A stretch of DNA of 52,666 nucleotides from IMG/VR virus record IMGVR_UViG_3300027821_000001, positions 1-52,666 of that record; one strand, given 5' to 3'. The translations under genes and the position numbers were made by a program. Below the pieces are notes generated by a model that saw nothing but the letters and a program-made list of their open reading frames with translations, was not told where the DNA came from and made no database searches. How positions within the stretch are numbered: position 1 is the first letter of the stretch; every line of letters starts with the position of its first letter. The stretch is from a virus (Duplodnaviria > Caudoviricetes). Positions 52,271 through 52,666 of the stretch are shown here, one piece after another.

Positions 52271-52666
52271 ATGCCACCAAATGATAACACCGTCTTGATG
52301 GAAGGTGTCCGGATTATCTTTCGAAATTTCTCGGGAAAGGAGGGCCAGTATAATCGAGAAGGAGATCGTAATTTCGCGGTTCTCCTAGACGAACAAGTTG
52401 CACAGACAATGGCCGAAGATAACTGGAACGTCAAATGGCTTCGTCCTCGTAGCGAAGAGGAAGAAGAAGCTCCGCAGGCATATCTGCCAGTTTCAGTTAA
52501 TTTCAAAGGCCGCCCGCCACGAATAGTGTTGATTACTTCCCGTGGCCGCACCAACCTTGATGAAGGTTCAATTGAGATGCTCGATTGGGCCGACATCATC
52601 AATGTTGATTTGATTGTGCGCCCCTATGAGTGGACTGTTAATCAGAAGAGCGGAGTCAAAGCATAT
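52271..52666 (+). CDS. Putative ssDNA-binding protein, N-terminal part (ends at 171 via the circular junction)
   Basis: RIIFRNFSG.E..YN..G.RNF.V...W.VK motif; position after the polymerase. Confidence 0.72.
   Translation, partial: MPPNDNTVLMEGVRIIFRNFSGKEGQYNREGDRNFAVLLDEQVAQTMAEDNWNVKWLRPRSEEEEEAPQAYLPVSVNFKGRPPRIVLITSRGRTNLDEGSIEMLDWADIINVDLIVRPYEWTVNQKSGVKAY
52568..52666. repeat. Terminal overlap, copy of 1-99
   Basis: Exact identity. Confidence 0.97.

Noticed and set aside
52568-52666. 99-bp terminal repeat as a biological direct terminal repeat
   Set aside because: It lies inside the SSB gene and has a k-mer-like length, so it is most likely assembly overlap; a better end candidate is at 13277
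1-52666. Temperate module (integrase, repressor, attP) or alternative genetic code
   Set aside because: No recombinase motifs were seen, and genes are intact under the standard code with all three stops in use

Overview
This window is a complete, circularly permuted tailed-phage (siphovirus) genome of 52,567 bp. Bases 1-99 are repeated exactly at 52568-52666, and the SSB gene runs across that join. Every credible gene is on the + strand, and I see no integrase or repressor. Gene content and order resemble the cos-ended actinobacteriophage lineage that includes Rhodococcus Pepy6/Poco6-like and Arthrobacter AM/AU-like phages. Shared traits are fibre and lysis genes between terS and terL, a protease-capsid fusion, two major-tail paralogs and a helicase-primase-PolB fusion. 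A stand-alone Rpf gene also points to an actinobacterial host. Family assignments are from motif recognition, not database searches. The best candidate novel system is a private transcription circuit with three parts. (1) A 913-aa single-chain two-barrel RNA polymerase (DG, QxR..KG, RYP, GADFDGD, VIDxxK motifs) carries fused HTH domains and an N-terminal LxHxG..WG leader that suggests virion packaging. (2) A TCGCR-N6-ACAY-N4-TATAAT promoter occurs in 8 close copies plus 2 variants. (3) These promoters drive promoter-to-terminator cassettes holding either a short ORF or only a small structured RNA. The genome also has many unexplained structured RNAs: a ~380-nt RNA closed by a 27-bp helix, two kissing-loop RNAs, a tRNA mimic lacking an anticodon arm, and pseudoknots. 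All folds were read by eye.
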